From positions 1 through 46,857 of the forward strand of contig CABSAW010000001.1 in NCBI GenBank assembly GCA_902475745.1: a stretch of DNA of 46,857 nt, read 5' to 3'. The notes under the pieces are model-generated. The model was not told the origin of the DNA, ran no database searches, and saw only the letters and a program-made list of their open reading frames with translations. The position numbers and the translations under genes were made by a program. Positions 7,118-17,023 of the stretch are shown here, piece by piece (the first letter of the stretch is position 1; the number at the start of each line of letters is the position of its first letter). This DNA is from an uncultured Oscillospiraceae bacterium (GTDB taxonomy: Bacteria; Bacillota; Clostridia; Oscillospirales; Oscillospiraceae).

Positions 7118-8442
7118 GTACAGCGCTTTGCTTTGCCCTGTTTCTGCTGGCCATGGCGGCGTGTCTGCTGTTGGGGTACTCATCTTTTTGGCCGCTGCTG
7201 CTGGGGCTGGCGCTGTTTGGCCTGCTGGGCTACCGGCAGGGCCACACGCCGCGGACGATGTGGCGTGCGGCATGGCGAGAAGGATGCAAGATCCTGCTGG
7301 TGCTGCGCATCTTCGTGATTATCGGGGCAATCACGGCGCTGTGGCGCAGTGCGGGAACCATTGTTTATCTTATTTATTACGGTATACAGGCTATATCTCC
7401 CCATCTTTTTGTTCTGGTGGTGTTTTTGTTGACGGCGCTGCTTGCGTATGCGCTGGGCACTTCCTTCGGCGTGGTGGGAACTGCCGGTATCGTGCTGATG
7501 GCGTTGGCCCGTTCCGGCGGCGTAAGCGAAGCGGTGACAGCGGGGGCGGTACTGTCCGGCGCCTATTTTGGCGACCGCTGCTCGCCTGCATCATCCTCCG
7601 CGTCATTGGTGGCGGCGGTAACGCAGACGCGGCTTTATGATAATTTGCGCAATATGCTGCGTACCGGCCTGCTTCCTACTGTGGCCACGGCTGCCGTTTA
7701 TGCATTGCTGTCTGCCCGCCATCCCATTGCCTCCGTCAGCGAGAGCCTGCTGCAAGCCCTGCGGGAAAGCGCGGTAATCTCACCGTGGGCACTTGTCCCT
7801 GCGGTGATTATGCTGGCGCTGCCGCTGCTGAAGGTGCCGGTGCTGCTCAGTATTGGTCTGAGCGTGGCGGCGGCAGGTCTGGTCAGCGTATTTGTGCAGG
7901 AGATGAGCCTGTGGGAAATGCTGAAAACGGCTGTGATGGGCTATTACCCGACCACAGGCGGCATGCGGGAAATCCTCTCCGGCGGCGGTGTTCTTTCCAT
8001 GCTGAAGCCGTCGGCGCAGGTGTTTGTTACGAGCATGTTCGCAGGACTGCTGGATGACATCGGTGCGCTGCGCGATGCTGTGCGCTTTGTGGAACGCATT
8101 GCCCGCCGGTGCGGACGTTTTGCCGCCTCAGTGGTGGTCAGCTTGGGCACCGGCATGATCTTTTGCAACCAGTCGGTGGTCATCGTGATGGGCAACCAGC
8201 TGCTGCATCACACTTACGATGATCCCGGCGAGCAGGCGGTGGATATGGAAAACAGCGGCGTGGTGCTCTCACCGCTGATCCCGTGGAATATTGCGTGCAG
8301 CATTCCACTGGCCGTTCTGGGAGCCGACGAAAGTGCGCTGCCGTATGCCGTTTTGCTGTATATGATTCCGCTGATTTACGGTGTAACAAAGCGCTGGACG
8401 TATCCTGCCGGGAAACCGGCGGTTAGGAGTGAGAAAGAATGA
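7114..8442 (+). CDS. NhaC family Na+/H+ antiporter-like transporter
   Basis: GTSFGVVGTAG, AVLSGAYFGDRCSP and LIPWN motifs; ATGA overlap with upstream stop. Confidence 0.85.
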   Translation: MSTALCFALFLLAMAACLLLGYSSFWPLLLGLALFGLLGYRQGHTPRTMWRAAWREGCKILLVLRIFVIIGAITALWRSAGTIVYLIYYGIQAISPHLFVLVVFLLTALLAYALGTSFGVVGTAGIVLMALARSGGVSEAVTAGAVLSGAYFGDRCSPASSSASLVAAVTQTRLYDNLRNMLRTGLLPTVATAAVYALLSARHPIASVSESLLQALRESAVISPWALVPAVIMLALPLLKVPVLLSIGLSVAAAGLVSVFVQEMSLWEMLKTAVMGYYPTTGGMREILSGGGVLSMLKPSAQVFVTSMFAGLLDDIGALRDAVRFVERIARRCGRFAASVVVSLGTGMIFCNQSVVIVMGNQLLHHTYDDPGEQAVDMENSGVVLSPLIPWNIACSIPLAVLGADESALPYAVLLYMIPLIYGVTKRWTYPAGKPAVRSEKE

Positions 8443-9611
8443 TATCTTTACTGGCGAAATGGTTGATTCCAAACTGTGACAAAGTGGAAAACAGCGAGGT
8501 ACGCCGGGCTTGGGGCGCCTTGTGCGGCTTTGTGGGGATCGGGTTGAACCTGCTGCTGTTCGCCGGGAAGCTGGCGGCCGGCACGCTCAGCGGCTCCATT
8601 GCCGTGACGGCGGACGCTTTCAATAACCTTTCGGACGCAGGCTCCTCGGTGGTGACGCTGCTGGGATTCCGCCTGGCGGGGAGAAAGCCGGATGCCGACC
8701 ATCCGTTCGGTCACGGGCGCATGGAGTATATTTCCGGCCTTGTTGTGGCGGGACTGATCCTGCTGATGGGCGCGGAATTGGCAAAATCTTCCTTTGAAAA
8801 AATCCTCCATCCGGAGGCGGTGTCCTTTTCCTGGCTGGCGGCGGCGATCCTGCTGGTTTCCATCGGCGTGAAGGTGTACATGTATCTCTACAATAATGCG
8901 GTGGGGAAAAAGATCCGATCCGCCGCTATGTCCGCCACTGCGACGGACAGTCTCAGCGATACAGTGGCCACTGCGGCTGTGCTGGCTGCCATGCTGATTG
9001 GCCGGCTGACCAACGTGCAGCCGGATGGCTGGGTGGGATTGCTGGTGGCGCTGTTTATTCTCTGGTCGGCCGTGCAGGCCGCCCGTGATACCGTCAGTCC
9101 TCTGCTGGGTCAGTCGCCCGATCCGATGCTGGTCAAGGAGATCGAGGCGCTGGTAATGGCGCATGACACGGTGGTGGGCGTCCATGATCTGGTGGTTCAC
9201 GATTACGGTCCGGGCCGGCGGATTATTTCCCTGCATGCCGAAGTACCGGCCGACGGACAGGTGCTGGCGCTGCACGATGTAATCGATAACATTGAAGCGG
9301 AGCTTTCACGCAAACTCCACTGCGAGGCGGTGATTCATATGGATCCCGTGGTTGTGGGTGATCCGCAGGTAAACGCGCTGCATGAAAAAGTTGCGGAGCT
9401 GGTTCGTACCATCGATCCGCGCATTACCATCCATGATTTCCGCATTGTGCCCGGCACTACCCATACAAACCTGATATTTGATGCGGTGATACCCTTTGAC
9501 GAGCGCCTGACCCGGCCTCAGGTGGCCGCGCAGATCTGCCAGTTGGTGCAGGAACTGGACGGCCACTACCGGGCGGTGGTGAAAATAGAAAATTCCTATG
9601 TGAACGAGTGA
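8439..9611 (+). CDS. Cation diffusion facilitator family transporter
   Basis: SIAVTADAFNNLSD, PDADHPFGHGRMEY and HDLVVHDYGPG motifs. Confidence 0.92.
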   Translation: MISLLAKWLIPNCDKVENSEVRRAWGALCGFVGIGLNLLLFAGKLAAGTLSGSIAVTADAFNNLSDAGSSVVTLLGFRLAGRKPDADHPFGHGRMEYISGLVVAGLILLMGAELAKSSFEKILHPEAVSFSWLAAAILLVSIGVKVYMYLYNNAVGKKIRSAAMSATATDSLSDTVATAAVLAAMLIGRLTNVQPDGWVGLLVALFILWSAVQAARDTVSPLLGQSPDPMLVKEIEALVMAHDTVVGVHDLVVHDYGPGRRIISLHAEVPADGQVLALHDVIDNIEAELSRKLHCEAVIHMDPVVVGDPQVNALHEKVAELVRTIDPRITIHDFRIVPGTTHTNLIFDAVIPFDERLTRPQVAAQICQLVQELDGHYRAVVKIENSYVNE

Positions 9612-9623
9612 AAGGAGCAAGCG

Positions 9624-10340
9624 ATGGACGATCAGATCCGTAAATTGAAGGAACTGGTGGATAGCAGCGACAACATTGTGTTTTTTGGCGGTGCTGGCGT
9701 CTCCACGGAGAGCGGAATCCCGGATTTCCGCAGCGTAGACGGTCTATATCACCAGCAGTATCGCTATCCGCCGGAAACCATACTGAGCCACACCTTTTAT
9801 ATGACGCACAAGGCGGAGTTTTATGACTTTTACCGCACCAAAATGCTTGCCCCGGACGCTCAGCCCAACGCCGCCCACCGCAAGCTGGCCCAGTGGGAAT
9901 CTGAGGGCAGGCTGAAGGCGGTTATCACCCAGAATATTGACGGTCTCCATCAAAAGGCGGGCAGCCGTGAGGTGCTGGAGCTGCACGGAAGCGTCCTGCG
10001 GAATTATTGTGAGAAGTGCGGGAAATTCTATGGATTGGACGCCATCCTCTCTGACGCCGGTGTGCCCAAATGTACCTGCGGCGGCGATATCAAGCCGGAT
10101 GTGGTGCTGTATGAAGAGGGGCTGGATGAACGGGTGATGCAAAAAGCGCTGGACTATATCAGCCGCGCCGATATGCTGATAATCGGCGGCACATCGCTGG
10201 TGGTTTATCCGGCGGCCGGCTTGGTTCGCTACTATCGCGGTCATAAGCTGGTCGTTATCAACAAGGGTGTTATTGAGGCGGATCTGGGCGCGGATCTGGT
10301 GATCAACGGCCCCATCGGGCAGGTGCTTGCACAGGTATAG
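9624..10340 (+). CDS. cobB: NAD-dependent protein deacylase (sirtuin)
   Basis: GGAGVSTESGIPDFRS, TQNIDGLH, LHGS and GTSLVVYPAAGL. Confidence 0.95.
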   Translation: MDDQIRKLKELVDSSDNIVFFGGAGVSTESGIPDFRSVDGLYHQQYRYPPETILSHTFYMTHKAEFYDFYRTKMLAPDAQPNAAHRKLAQWESEGRLKAVITQNIDGLHQKAGSREVLELHGSVLRNYCEKCGKFYGLDAILSDAGVPKCTCGGDIKPDVVLYEEGLDERVMQKALDYISRADMLIIGGTSLVVYPAAGLVRYYRGHKLVVINKGVIEADLGADLVINGPIGQVLAQV

Positions 10341-10439
10341 CAGGCGCGCTGCCGGAGCTGCCGAAGAGAACTTAGACCTTTACACCGGGGAGAAGGCAGC
10401 GTATAATCAAATGTTGAATTGTGTAAAAGGAGCCGGTAC

Positions 10440-11978
10440 ATGAAGGTCAACCAGATCAAAGCGGGTGCAATACTGTCCTATCTGTCCATGGGACTGAGCA
10501 CCATTATTTCACTTGTTTATACCCCCATTATGCTGCAGCGGCTGGGCGAGAGTGAGTTTGGCGTATATCAGGCGGTGCTGCCCATCATCTCCTATCTGAA
10601 TCTGCTGAGCTTCGGCCTGGGCAGCGCCTATGTGCGGTATTTCTCCCGCTACCGGGAGGCCGGAGACAAGCGGGGCTGCGCCAAGCTTAACGGCATGTTC
10701 CTGATCACCTATCTCTTTTTGGGAGCGCTGGTGCTGGTCATCGGCTTTGGGCTGTCCTATTGCGATGTCATCTTCGGAAAAAAGCTGACGGCAGAGGAGA
10801 TCGTACTGGCCGAGCGGCTGCTGCGGATCATGTCGGTAAACGCGGCGCTGACCTTTCCGATCAGCGTTTTTGAGTCCCATGTAACCATCAACGAGCGGTA
10901 TCTTTTCCAGAAGATCGTGGCCATGGGCAAGCAGGTGCTCAATCCCCTTATTATGATCCCTCTGCTGCTGATCGGCTACCGCAGTGTGACGCTGACCATC
11001 GTTTCGCTGATCTTTACCGTTCTCAGCGGCGTGATCAACATCTTTTACTGTCTGACCCGGCTGCGGATGCAGTTTCTCTTTCGCGGATATGATTTCGGTC
11101 TGCTGCGGGAGATGTTCGGCTTTACGCTGTATGTGTTTCTGGGCATCGTGGTGGACAACTTCAACTGGTCCATTGACCGGCTGCTGCTGACGTGGCTCCA
11201 TGGCTCCACGGCCGTGACCATTTATGTGATTGCCGCCCAGCTGAATACCTTTTACCTGTCCTTCGGCAATGCCATCTCCAATGTGATGACGCCCCGCGTT
11301 CACCGGCTGGTGGCCGCCAATGCGCCCATGCGGCAGCTGGACGCGCTGTTCACCCGGGTGGGACGGCTGCAATTTATCCTGCTGGCCGGTATTTTCTTGG
11401 GCTTTGTGGCGGTGGGCCAGTCCTTCGTGGTGCTGTGGGGCGGCGGTGATATGTTCGCCATCGACTACTGGACGACGCTGCTGCTGTTTTTCGCCTGCCT
11501 GTGGACCAATATCCAGACGGTGGGCATCGAGATCCAGCGGGCCAAGAATATGCACAAATTCCGGTCGCTGACCTATCTGGGCGTGGCGCTGGGCAACGCG
11601 GTGCTGTCGATCCCGCTGTGCATGAAGTGGCAGGGACTGGGCGCCGCTGTGGGCACGGCTATCGCCACGCTGGTGGGCAATGTCATACTGATGAACTGGT
11701 ACTACTACCGGCGCATCGGCCTGAACATCCCCGCCTTCTGGCATCATATCTTCCATCTGATGCCGGCCATGGTGCTGCCGGCTGTGACAGCGGTGCTGCT
11801 GGCGGTATTTGTTCATCCGGCCAGCTATTGGGAGCTGATTTTGCCGGGATGCGCCTTTGTGGCGGTGTACGCCCTGTCGATGTGGCTGTTCGGATTGAAC
11901 CGCTATGAGCGAGGGCTGGTTACCGAGCCGCTGCGGCGGCTGACAAAACGGGGAGGAGGTGGCCGCCGTGCCTCGTAA
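10440..11978 (+). CDS. Wzx/MOP-family oligosaccharide flippase
   Basis: NQIKAGAILSY..YTPIML..LG.SEFGVY; many TM helices; AAGGAG RBS. Confidence 0.85.
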   Translation: MKVNQIKAGAILSYLSMGLSTIISLVYTPIMLQRLGESEFGVYQAVLPIISYLNLLSFGLGSAYVRYFSRYREAGDKRGCAKLNGMFLITYLFLGALVLVIGFGLSYCDVIFGKKLTAEEIVLAERLLRIMSVNAALTFPISVFESHVTINERYLFQKIVAMGKQVLNPLIMIPLLLIGYRSVTLTIVSLIFTVLSGVINIFYCLTRLRMQFLFRGYDFGLLREMFGFTLYVFLGIVVDNFNWSIDRLLLTWLHGSTAVTIYVIAAQLNTFYLSFGNAISNVMTPRVHRLVAANAPMRQLDALFTRVGRLQFILLAGIFLGFVAVGQSFVVLWGGGDMFAIDYWTTLLLFFACLWTNIQTVGIEIQRAKNMHKFRSLTYLGVALGNAVLSIPLCMKWQGLGAAVGTAIATLVGNVILMNWYYYRRIGLNIPAFWHHIFHLMPAMVLPAVTAVLLAVFVHPASYWELILPGCAFVAVYALSMWLFGLNRYERGLVTEPLRRLTKRGGGGRRAS

Positions 11979-12555
11979 ATCGGGACGCAATACAAAGGGC
12001 CGGATTGTCTCTGCCGCGTGGAGGCTTTTCTATGAGCAGGGGTATGACAATACCACGGTGGAGGATATTATTTTTGAGTCGGAAACCTCCAAGGGCAGCT
12101 TTTATCACTATTTTGAGGGAAAAGATGCACTGCTGGGCTCGCTGTCCATGATCTTTGATGAAAAATATGAGCAGCTGCGGCAGGAAATGGACCCGGATAT
12201 GGATGCCGTGGACAAGCTCATCTACATGAACCACGAGCTGTTTGTGATGATCGACAACACCGTGTCGGTGGAGCTGCTGGCGCGGCTTTTTTCCACACAG
12301 CTGACCACCAAGGGGGAAAAGCACCTCCTCAGCCGCGACCGTACCTACTTCAAGCTGCTGCATCAGGTGGTGCGGCAGGGGCTGGAGCGCCGCGAGCTGC
12401 GCGGCGATCTGACGGCCAATGAGATCATCAACGACTACGCCATGTTCGAGCATGGGCTGATGTATGACTGGTGTCTGGCTGACGGCGGCTATTCACTGGC
12501 ACGCTATGCCGACCGGACAATGCCTATGTTTTTGAGCAGTTACCGTGCGAATTGA
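11968..12555 (+). CDS. TetR/AcrR family regulator
   Basis: GYDNTTVEDII..SKGSFYHYFEGKDALL; GGAGGAGG RBS favours GTG 11968. Confidence 0.9.
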   Translation: MPRKSGRNTKGRIVSAAWRLFYEQGYDNTTVEDIIFESETSKGSFYHYFEGKDALLGSLSMIFDEKYEQLRQEMDPDMDAVDKLIYMNHELFVMIDNTVSVELLARLFSTQLTTKGEKHLLSRDRTYFKLLHQVVRQGLERRELRGDLTANEIINDYAMFEHGLMYDWCLADGGYSLARYADRTMPMFLSSYRAN

Positions 12556-12641
12556 CAAAATATTTATTTCTGCCCATATCTTATTATTGTATATCGTCTA
12601 TTTGAAAAACAGCTAGAATAAAAGAATAAATACGGAATTAG

Positions 12642-12679
12642 CAGAACAGTGTACAGAATGAATTCTGTACACTGTTCTG
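12642..12679. promoter_or_regulatory. Perfect 18-bp inverted repeat (operator or terminator) upstream of putP
   Basis: CAGAACAGTGTACAGAAT-GA-ATTCTGTACACTGTTCTG. Confidence 0.6.
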
Positions 12680-12789
12680 TATTTCGGTCTAATAAAAGTT
12701 GTGGTATACTGACCGCTGAGAAAAGCGGAAGAGGCCCATCGTTGTGTGGGTGGGCAACGCCGTGTGTATGTTAAGGAGAAGCAAGAGAC

Positions 12790-14244
12790 ATGAATTTATC
12801 TGAAGCGATTGTATTTCTGATCTATCTGGTGTTCATGCTGGGCATCGGCATCTATTTCTTTTTTAAAAACCGCAATGGCGGCGACAAGACCTATTTCCTT
12901 GGCGGCCGCCAGATGGGGCCGTGGGTCACGGCGCTGTCTGCCGGCGCGTCCGACATGAGCGCGTGGGTGCTGATGGGCCTGCCTACCTCCATCTATGCGC
13001 TGGGTCTTGGCCAGCTGTGGATCTCAGTGGGTCTGGCCATCGGCTATACCATCAGCTGGCTGTGTGAAGCGCCGCGCCTGCGCCGCTTCTCTATTGTGGC
13101 CGACGACTCCATTACGATCCCCCAGTATCTGACCAACCGCTTTTTGTCCAAGTCGAAGGCGCTGCAAATTATCTGCGCGGTGATCTTTCTGGTGGCCTAC
13201 ACCATTTACGCCGCCTCCAGCGTCAAGGCCTGCGGCACGCTGTTCAACACGGTGACCGGCGTGAATGAGACGGTTGCCATGTATGTGGCGTCGATCATCA
13301 TCATCGGCTATACCTTTTTGGGCGGCTTCTCCGCCGTGTGCTGGACGGACTTCTTCCAGGGTATGCTGATGCTGGCGGCGCTGCTGGTGGCGCCCATCTT
13401 CGCCCTGTTCATGCTCAAGGGCGTGGGTGTTCATCCGGTGGATACCCCCAACTTCTTCAACCCCTTCAGCAGCTGGAAGGACATCGTTTCCGGTCTTGGC
13501 TGGGGTCTGGGCTACTTCGGTATGCCCCATATCATCATCCGCTTTATGTCTCTGGAATCCCAGAAGTCGCTGAAGAAATCCGCCAAAATCGGTATCAGCT
13601 GGACGCTGCTGATCGTGATTTTTGCCGCGCTGGTGGGCATTATCGGCCGCCTTTTCCTGGGCTTTGATGAGACCATCAACGGCCATTCTCTGGTGTTTAT
13701 TACCATGGTGCGCCGCATTTTCCCCGGCGTTATCTCCGGTATTCTGCTGTCTGCCGTACTGGCGGCGTCCATGTCCACGGCGGACTCCCAGCTGCTGACG
13801 GCGGCCAGCGCCTTTGCCAGCGATGTGTATAAGCCTGTGATCCGCAAGGGTCAGGCCGGTGAGAAGGAAATGCTGTGGGCGGGCCGCCTTGTGGTGTTGG
13901 CCATTGCCGTGGTTGCGCTGCTGATCGCCTCCAATCCCGAGGCCGGTACGATCATGTCGCTGGTGTCCAATGCATGGGGCGTATTCGGCGCTGCTTTTGG
14001 CCCGGCAATTATGCTGAGCCTGTTCTGGAAGAGATTTACCTTCTCCGGTGCGGTGGCCGGTATTCTGGTAGGCGCCGCCGTGGATGTGCTGTGGCTGCTG
14101 TGCCTGTCCTCCACTGGAATTTACGAGATCATCCCCGGCACGGCGGCCGGTCTTATTGCCTGCGTTGTGGTGTCCCTGCTCAGCCGCAAGCCTGATGCCG
14201 ATGTCGAGGCGCTGTATGATAAGGCGGTTGCCTATACCGACTGA
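12790..14244 (+). CDS. putP: Sodium/proline symporter
   Basis: YFLGGR.MGPWVTALSAGASDMSAWVLMGLP, WGLGYFGMPHI and AASMSTADSQLL. Confidence 0.92.
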   Translation: MNLSEAIVFLIYLVFMLGIGIYFFFKNRNGGDKTYFLGGRQMGPWVTALSAGASDMSAWVLMGLPTSIYALGLGQLWISVGLAIGYTISWLCEAPRLRRFSIVADDSITIPQYLTNRFLSKSKALQIICAVIFLVAYTIYAASSVKACGTLFNTVTGVNETVAMYVASIIIIGYTFLGGFSAVCWTDFFQGMLMLAALLVAPIFALFMLKGVGVHPVDTPNFFNPFSSWKDIVSGLGWGLGYFGMPHIIIRFMSLESQKSLKKSAKIGISWTLLIVIFAALVGIIGRLFLGFDETINGHSLVFITMVRRIFPGVISGILLSAVLAASMSTADSQLLTAASAFASDVYKPVIRKGQAGEKEMLWAGRLVVLAIAVVALLIASNPEAGTIMSLVSNAWGVFGAAFGPAIMLSLFWKRFTFSGAVAGILVGAAVDVLWLLCLSSTGIYEIIPGTAAGLIACVVVSLLSRKPDADVEALYDKAVAYTD

Positions 14245-14257
14245 GTCTATTTTTAAT

Positions 14258-14290
14258 AAAAAGAGCCATCCCGCGGATGGCTCTTTTTTT
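14258..14290 (+). terminator. Intrinsic terminator
   Basis: AAAAAGAGCCATCC-CGC-GGATGGCTCTTTTTTT. Confidence 0.85.
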
Positions 14291-14353
14291 CTTGACAAAA
14301 AGGGCGTTTTGCGCCACAATGGAAACAATCTATCGTTGTGGGAGGAGTTTGTC

Positions 14354-14848
14354 ATGCGCAGAAAAGAATGTGAACGGGACGAAGCCTTTGCCTGGGATGT
14401 GCTGAAGCACTCTGTATACGCCACCGTATCCATGGCGCGGCCGGACGGCACACCCTATGCCACGCCGGTAAACGCAGTGGGTGACGATGTTTATCGGGTA
14501 CTGTACTTTCACTGCGCCGGCGCCGGAGAGCGATGGGCGCTGCTGAAGGACGGCGCGCCGGTGTGCGTGACCGCCGTATCCACCGCCACGCTGCTCCCCA
14601 ACAGATTCACCACCGCCTATCGCAGCGCATCCTTTCAGGGCCGTGCGGAGGTGGTAACGGACGAGGGAGAGAAAACCAAGGCCATGCTGCTGCTGTGTAC
14701 GACCTTTGACCCCAAGGGGATGGGCCGCTTTGACGAGGTGATGGCAAACTGCCCGGCGCAAATTATCAAGGTCGTGCCCCGGATTATTACCGGCAAGGAG
14801 CATGAAATGCATCCCACACCCAAGTCCCATGACTGCCAGGATAAATAG
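14354..14848 (+). CDS. Pyridoxamine 5'-phosphate oxidase-like / NimA-family flavin-binding protein
   Basis: MRRKE..GTPYATPVN..LYFHCA..G..FTTAYRS..ITGK; GGAGG RBS. Confidence 0.85.
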   Translation: MRRKECERDEAFAWDVLKHSVYATVSMARPDGTPYATPVNAVGDDVYRVLYFHCAGAGERWALLKDGAPVCVTAVSTATLLPNRFTTAYRSASFQGRAEVVTDEGEKTKAMLLLCTTFDPKGMGRFDEVMANCPAQIIKVVPRIITGKEHEMHPTPKSHDCQDK

Positions 14849-14850
14849 TC

Positions 14851-14887
14851 AAAAATGGCCTGCACCGGAAAGGCGCAGGCCATTTTT
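14851..14887. terminator. Bidirectional terminator
   Basis: AAAAATGGCCTGC...GCAGGCCATTTTT between convergent genes. Confidence 0.8.
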
Positions 14888-15771
14888 CAGGCTGCCTGTT
14901 TTTTCTTGAAAAAGCTGCTCCAGTTGCCCTCGATAATCAGCAGACTCAGCAGCATCAGGGCTGCGCCTGCGTAGCCGCGCGGCAGCAGCTTTTCTCCTGC
15001 GAAGGCAAACGCCACAATGCAGGAAAATACCGGCTCCAGCGTGAAAATCACGCCCACATGGCTGGCGGTTGTGTATTGCTGGGCCACTGCCTGCACCACA
15101 AAGGCGACACCCGAGCAGAATAATCCCAGAAAAATGGCGGCACCCCAGATCTTAGGCGATTGGGGCAGATGGGGCCGCTCGACAACAGCGGATACCAGCA
15201 GCATCAGCACACCCGCCGCCCCCAACTGACAAACGCCCAGCGCCAGAGCGTCCACCTCCGGCGACTTGACGGCCCGCTCCGTTACCAGCATGTCGGCGGC
15301 GTAGCATACGGCGCAGATCAGACAGATCAGGTCGCCGCTGGCGGGGCGAAAGGCCTCGTTAAGCGTCAGCAGCGCCAGCCCCACGGTGCATAGCACCAAG
15401 GCGATGCCCAGCTTTCGATCCGGCCTGCGGCGGTTGAACACAAAATCCAGCAGCGGCGTGAATACCACCGGCAGGGCACAGATAAACCCGGCATTGGAAA
15501 TGGAGGTGTTGGCCACGCCATAGGTGGCCCCTGCGTAAACGCCCACCAGCAGTGTGCCGATGATCAGGCTGTATGTTAGGGTAGCGCGGCTGATATGCCG
15601 CAGCTTTTTTCGGAAAATAGGCGCCAGCACCAGAAAAGCCAGTAAAAAGCGGAAGGCATTCAGATTCATGGGCTGCAATTCCTCAAGGCACAGATCCACC
15701 AGATAGTAGGAAACACCCCAGAACAGGGTGACCATCACCAGTGCCAGATCGGCTTTGCGCTGCTGCGGCAT
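14887..15771 (-). CDS. DMT/EamA family transporter
   Basis: Two EamA repeats (FWGVSY, AFRF, GD.ICL, LEPVFS). Confidence 0.9.
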   Translation of the reverse strand: MPQQRKADLALVMVTLFWGVSYYLVDLCLEELQPMNLNAFRFLLAFLVLAPIFRKKLRHISRATLTYSLIIGTLLVGVYAGATYGVANTSISNAGFICALPVVFTPLLDFVFNRRRPDRKLGIALVLCTVGLALLTLNEAFRPASGDLICLICAVCYAADMLVTERAVKSPEVDALALGVCQLGAAGVLMLLVSAVVERPHLPQSPKIWGAAIFLGLFCSGVAFVVQAVAQQYTTASHVGVIFTLEPVFSCIVAFAFAGEKLLPRGYAGAALMLLSLLIIEGNWSSFFKKKQAA

Positions 15772-15833
15772 GAAAAACGCCCCCTTTCCATCCTCTAAAA
15801 AGGGAGTATACCATAAATTCCCCACAAAAGCAA

Positions 15834-16958
15834 TTATTTCCACAGATGGAGGTAGCCGCCGTCATGGAGCTGCTTTATAAGCAGCAGCAGGATCGGGCCA
15901 AGGATCATACCGGCCACCCCCATGGCACAAAAGCCTACATACATGGCAGCCAGCGCCGGAAGCGGCGGAAGGCCTGCGCTTTTTGCCATCAGCTTCGGCT
16001 CCATAATGCTGCGTACCAGCCAGATGACCAGATACAGCGCCGTAAGGGCGATCCCCTTTGGAAAGCTGCCGGCCAGACAGCATAGCGCCGCCCATGGCAG
16101 CAGCACGGTGCCGGTGCCGAACACGGGAAGCGCATCGATAAACGCGATAACCGCCGCCAGCAGCAGGGCATAGGGCTGACGGATCAGCAGCAGGCCGGAC
16201 AGCAGCTGAAAGAAAGTGATGACCACCAGAACACACTGAGCGCGCAGCCATTTTGCCATGGTGGTAAGAAGGCTGGCCTTAATGCCGCGGACGGTGGCCA
16301 GCGCGTGCGGCGATAGCTGACGGCGGACAAAGGCGGTCAGCTTGGGATAAGCGGCGGAGGTGAAGAAAAGAGCCAGCGCCGTGGTGGCGCAAAACAGCAT
16401 TACCTGCGGCAGCGCGGCCACCGCAGTCGTTAGCAGCCGCAGCGCAGTGGAGGAAAGGGAGACAGCCCCATCGGAGAGCGCCTGACCGGCGCCGTCCAGC
16501 AGTTGGGTGACCCACTGCCGGATACCGTCCGGGCAGTCGGCGCAGAAGCTGTACAGCCGTGCAGTGATGCGGTCTGCCAGCAGGGGGAATCCAGCCAGAA
16601 TCTCCGGCAGCCGGTTTAAAAGCTCATTGGCCTGACGCAGCAGCTGCCCTACCAGCGCGGCGCCCAGCGTGATCACCAGCGCCAGCAGCGCCAGTGTCAG
16701 AACGGCGGCCAGAAAGCTGCGCCGAAGATGCATTTTTCGCCGGCACAGCAAAATAAGCGGCTCCATCATCGCGGCAAAGCCCAGCGCCAGAAGAAACGGC
16801 AGCAGCCATACCAGAAGGTAGCGCAGCGTCAGCCAGCCCAGCGCCAGCAGGGTGGCCGCATAGGCCGCACGGAGCAGAAATGTCTTTTCACGCTGGTACA
16901 GAGGGATCGCCTTCTTTCCAATTTTGCCCTTGTCAAAAACCACGGAATATGCTACCAT
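15834..16958 (-). CDS. ytvI: Sporulation integral membrane protein YtvI (AI-2E family); start uncertain, possibly about 16901
   Basis: LLPFLLA, IDALPVFGTGTVLLPW, RSIMEPK and G.ILGP motifs. Confidence 0.85.
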   Translation of the reverse strand: MVAYSVVFDKGKIGKKAIPLYQREKTFLLRAAYAATLLALGWLTLRYLLVWLLPFLLALGFAAMMEPLILLCRRKMHLRRSFLAAVLTLALLALVITLGAALVGQLLRQANELLNRLPEILAGFPLLADRITARLYSFCADCPDGIRQWVTQLLDGAGQALSDGAVSLSSTALRLLTTAVAALPQVMLFCATTALALFFTSAAYPKLTAFVRRQLSPHALATVRGIKASLLTTMAKWLRAQCVLVVITFFQLLSGLLLIRQPYALLLAAVIAFIDALPVFGTGTVLLPWAALCCLAGSFPKGIALTALYLVIWLVRSIMEPKLMAKSAGLPPLPALAAMYVGFCAMGVAGMILGPILLLLIKQLHDGGYLHLWK

Positions 16959-17023
16959 TACAGTGTTAAGCGGCTATGTAAGCGGGGAACTGTGCGGGTG
17001 GGCCCGCCGGAGAGGAACGAGCT

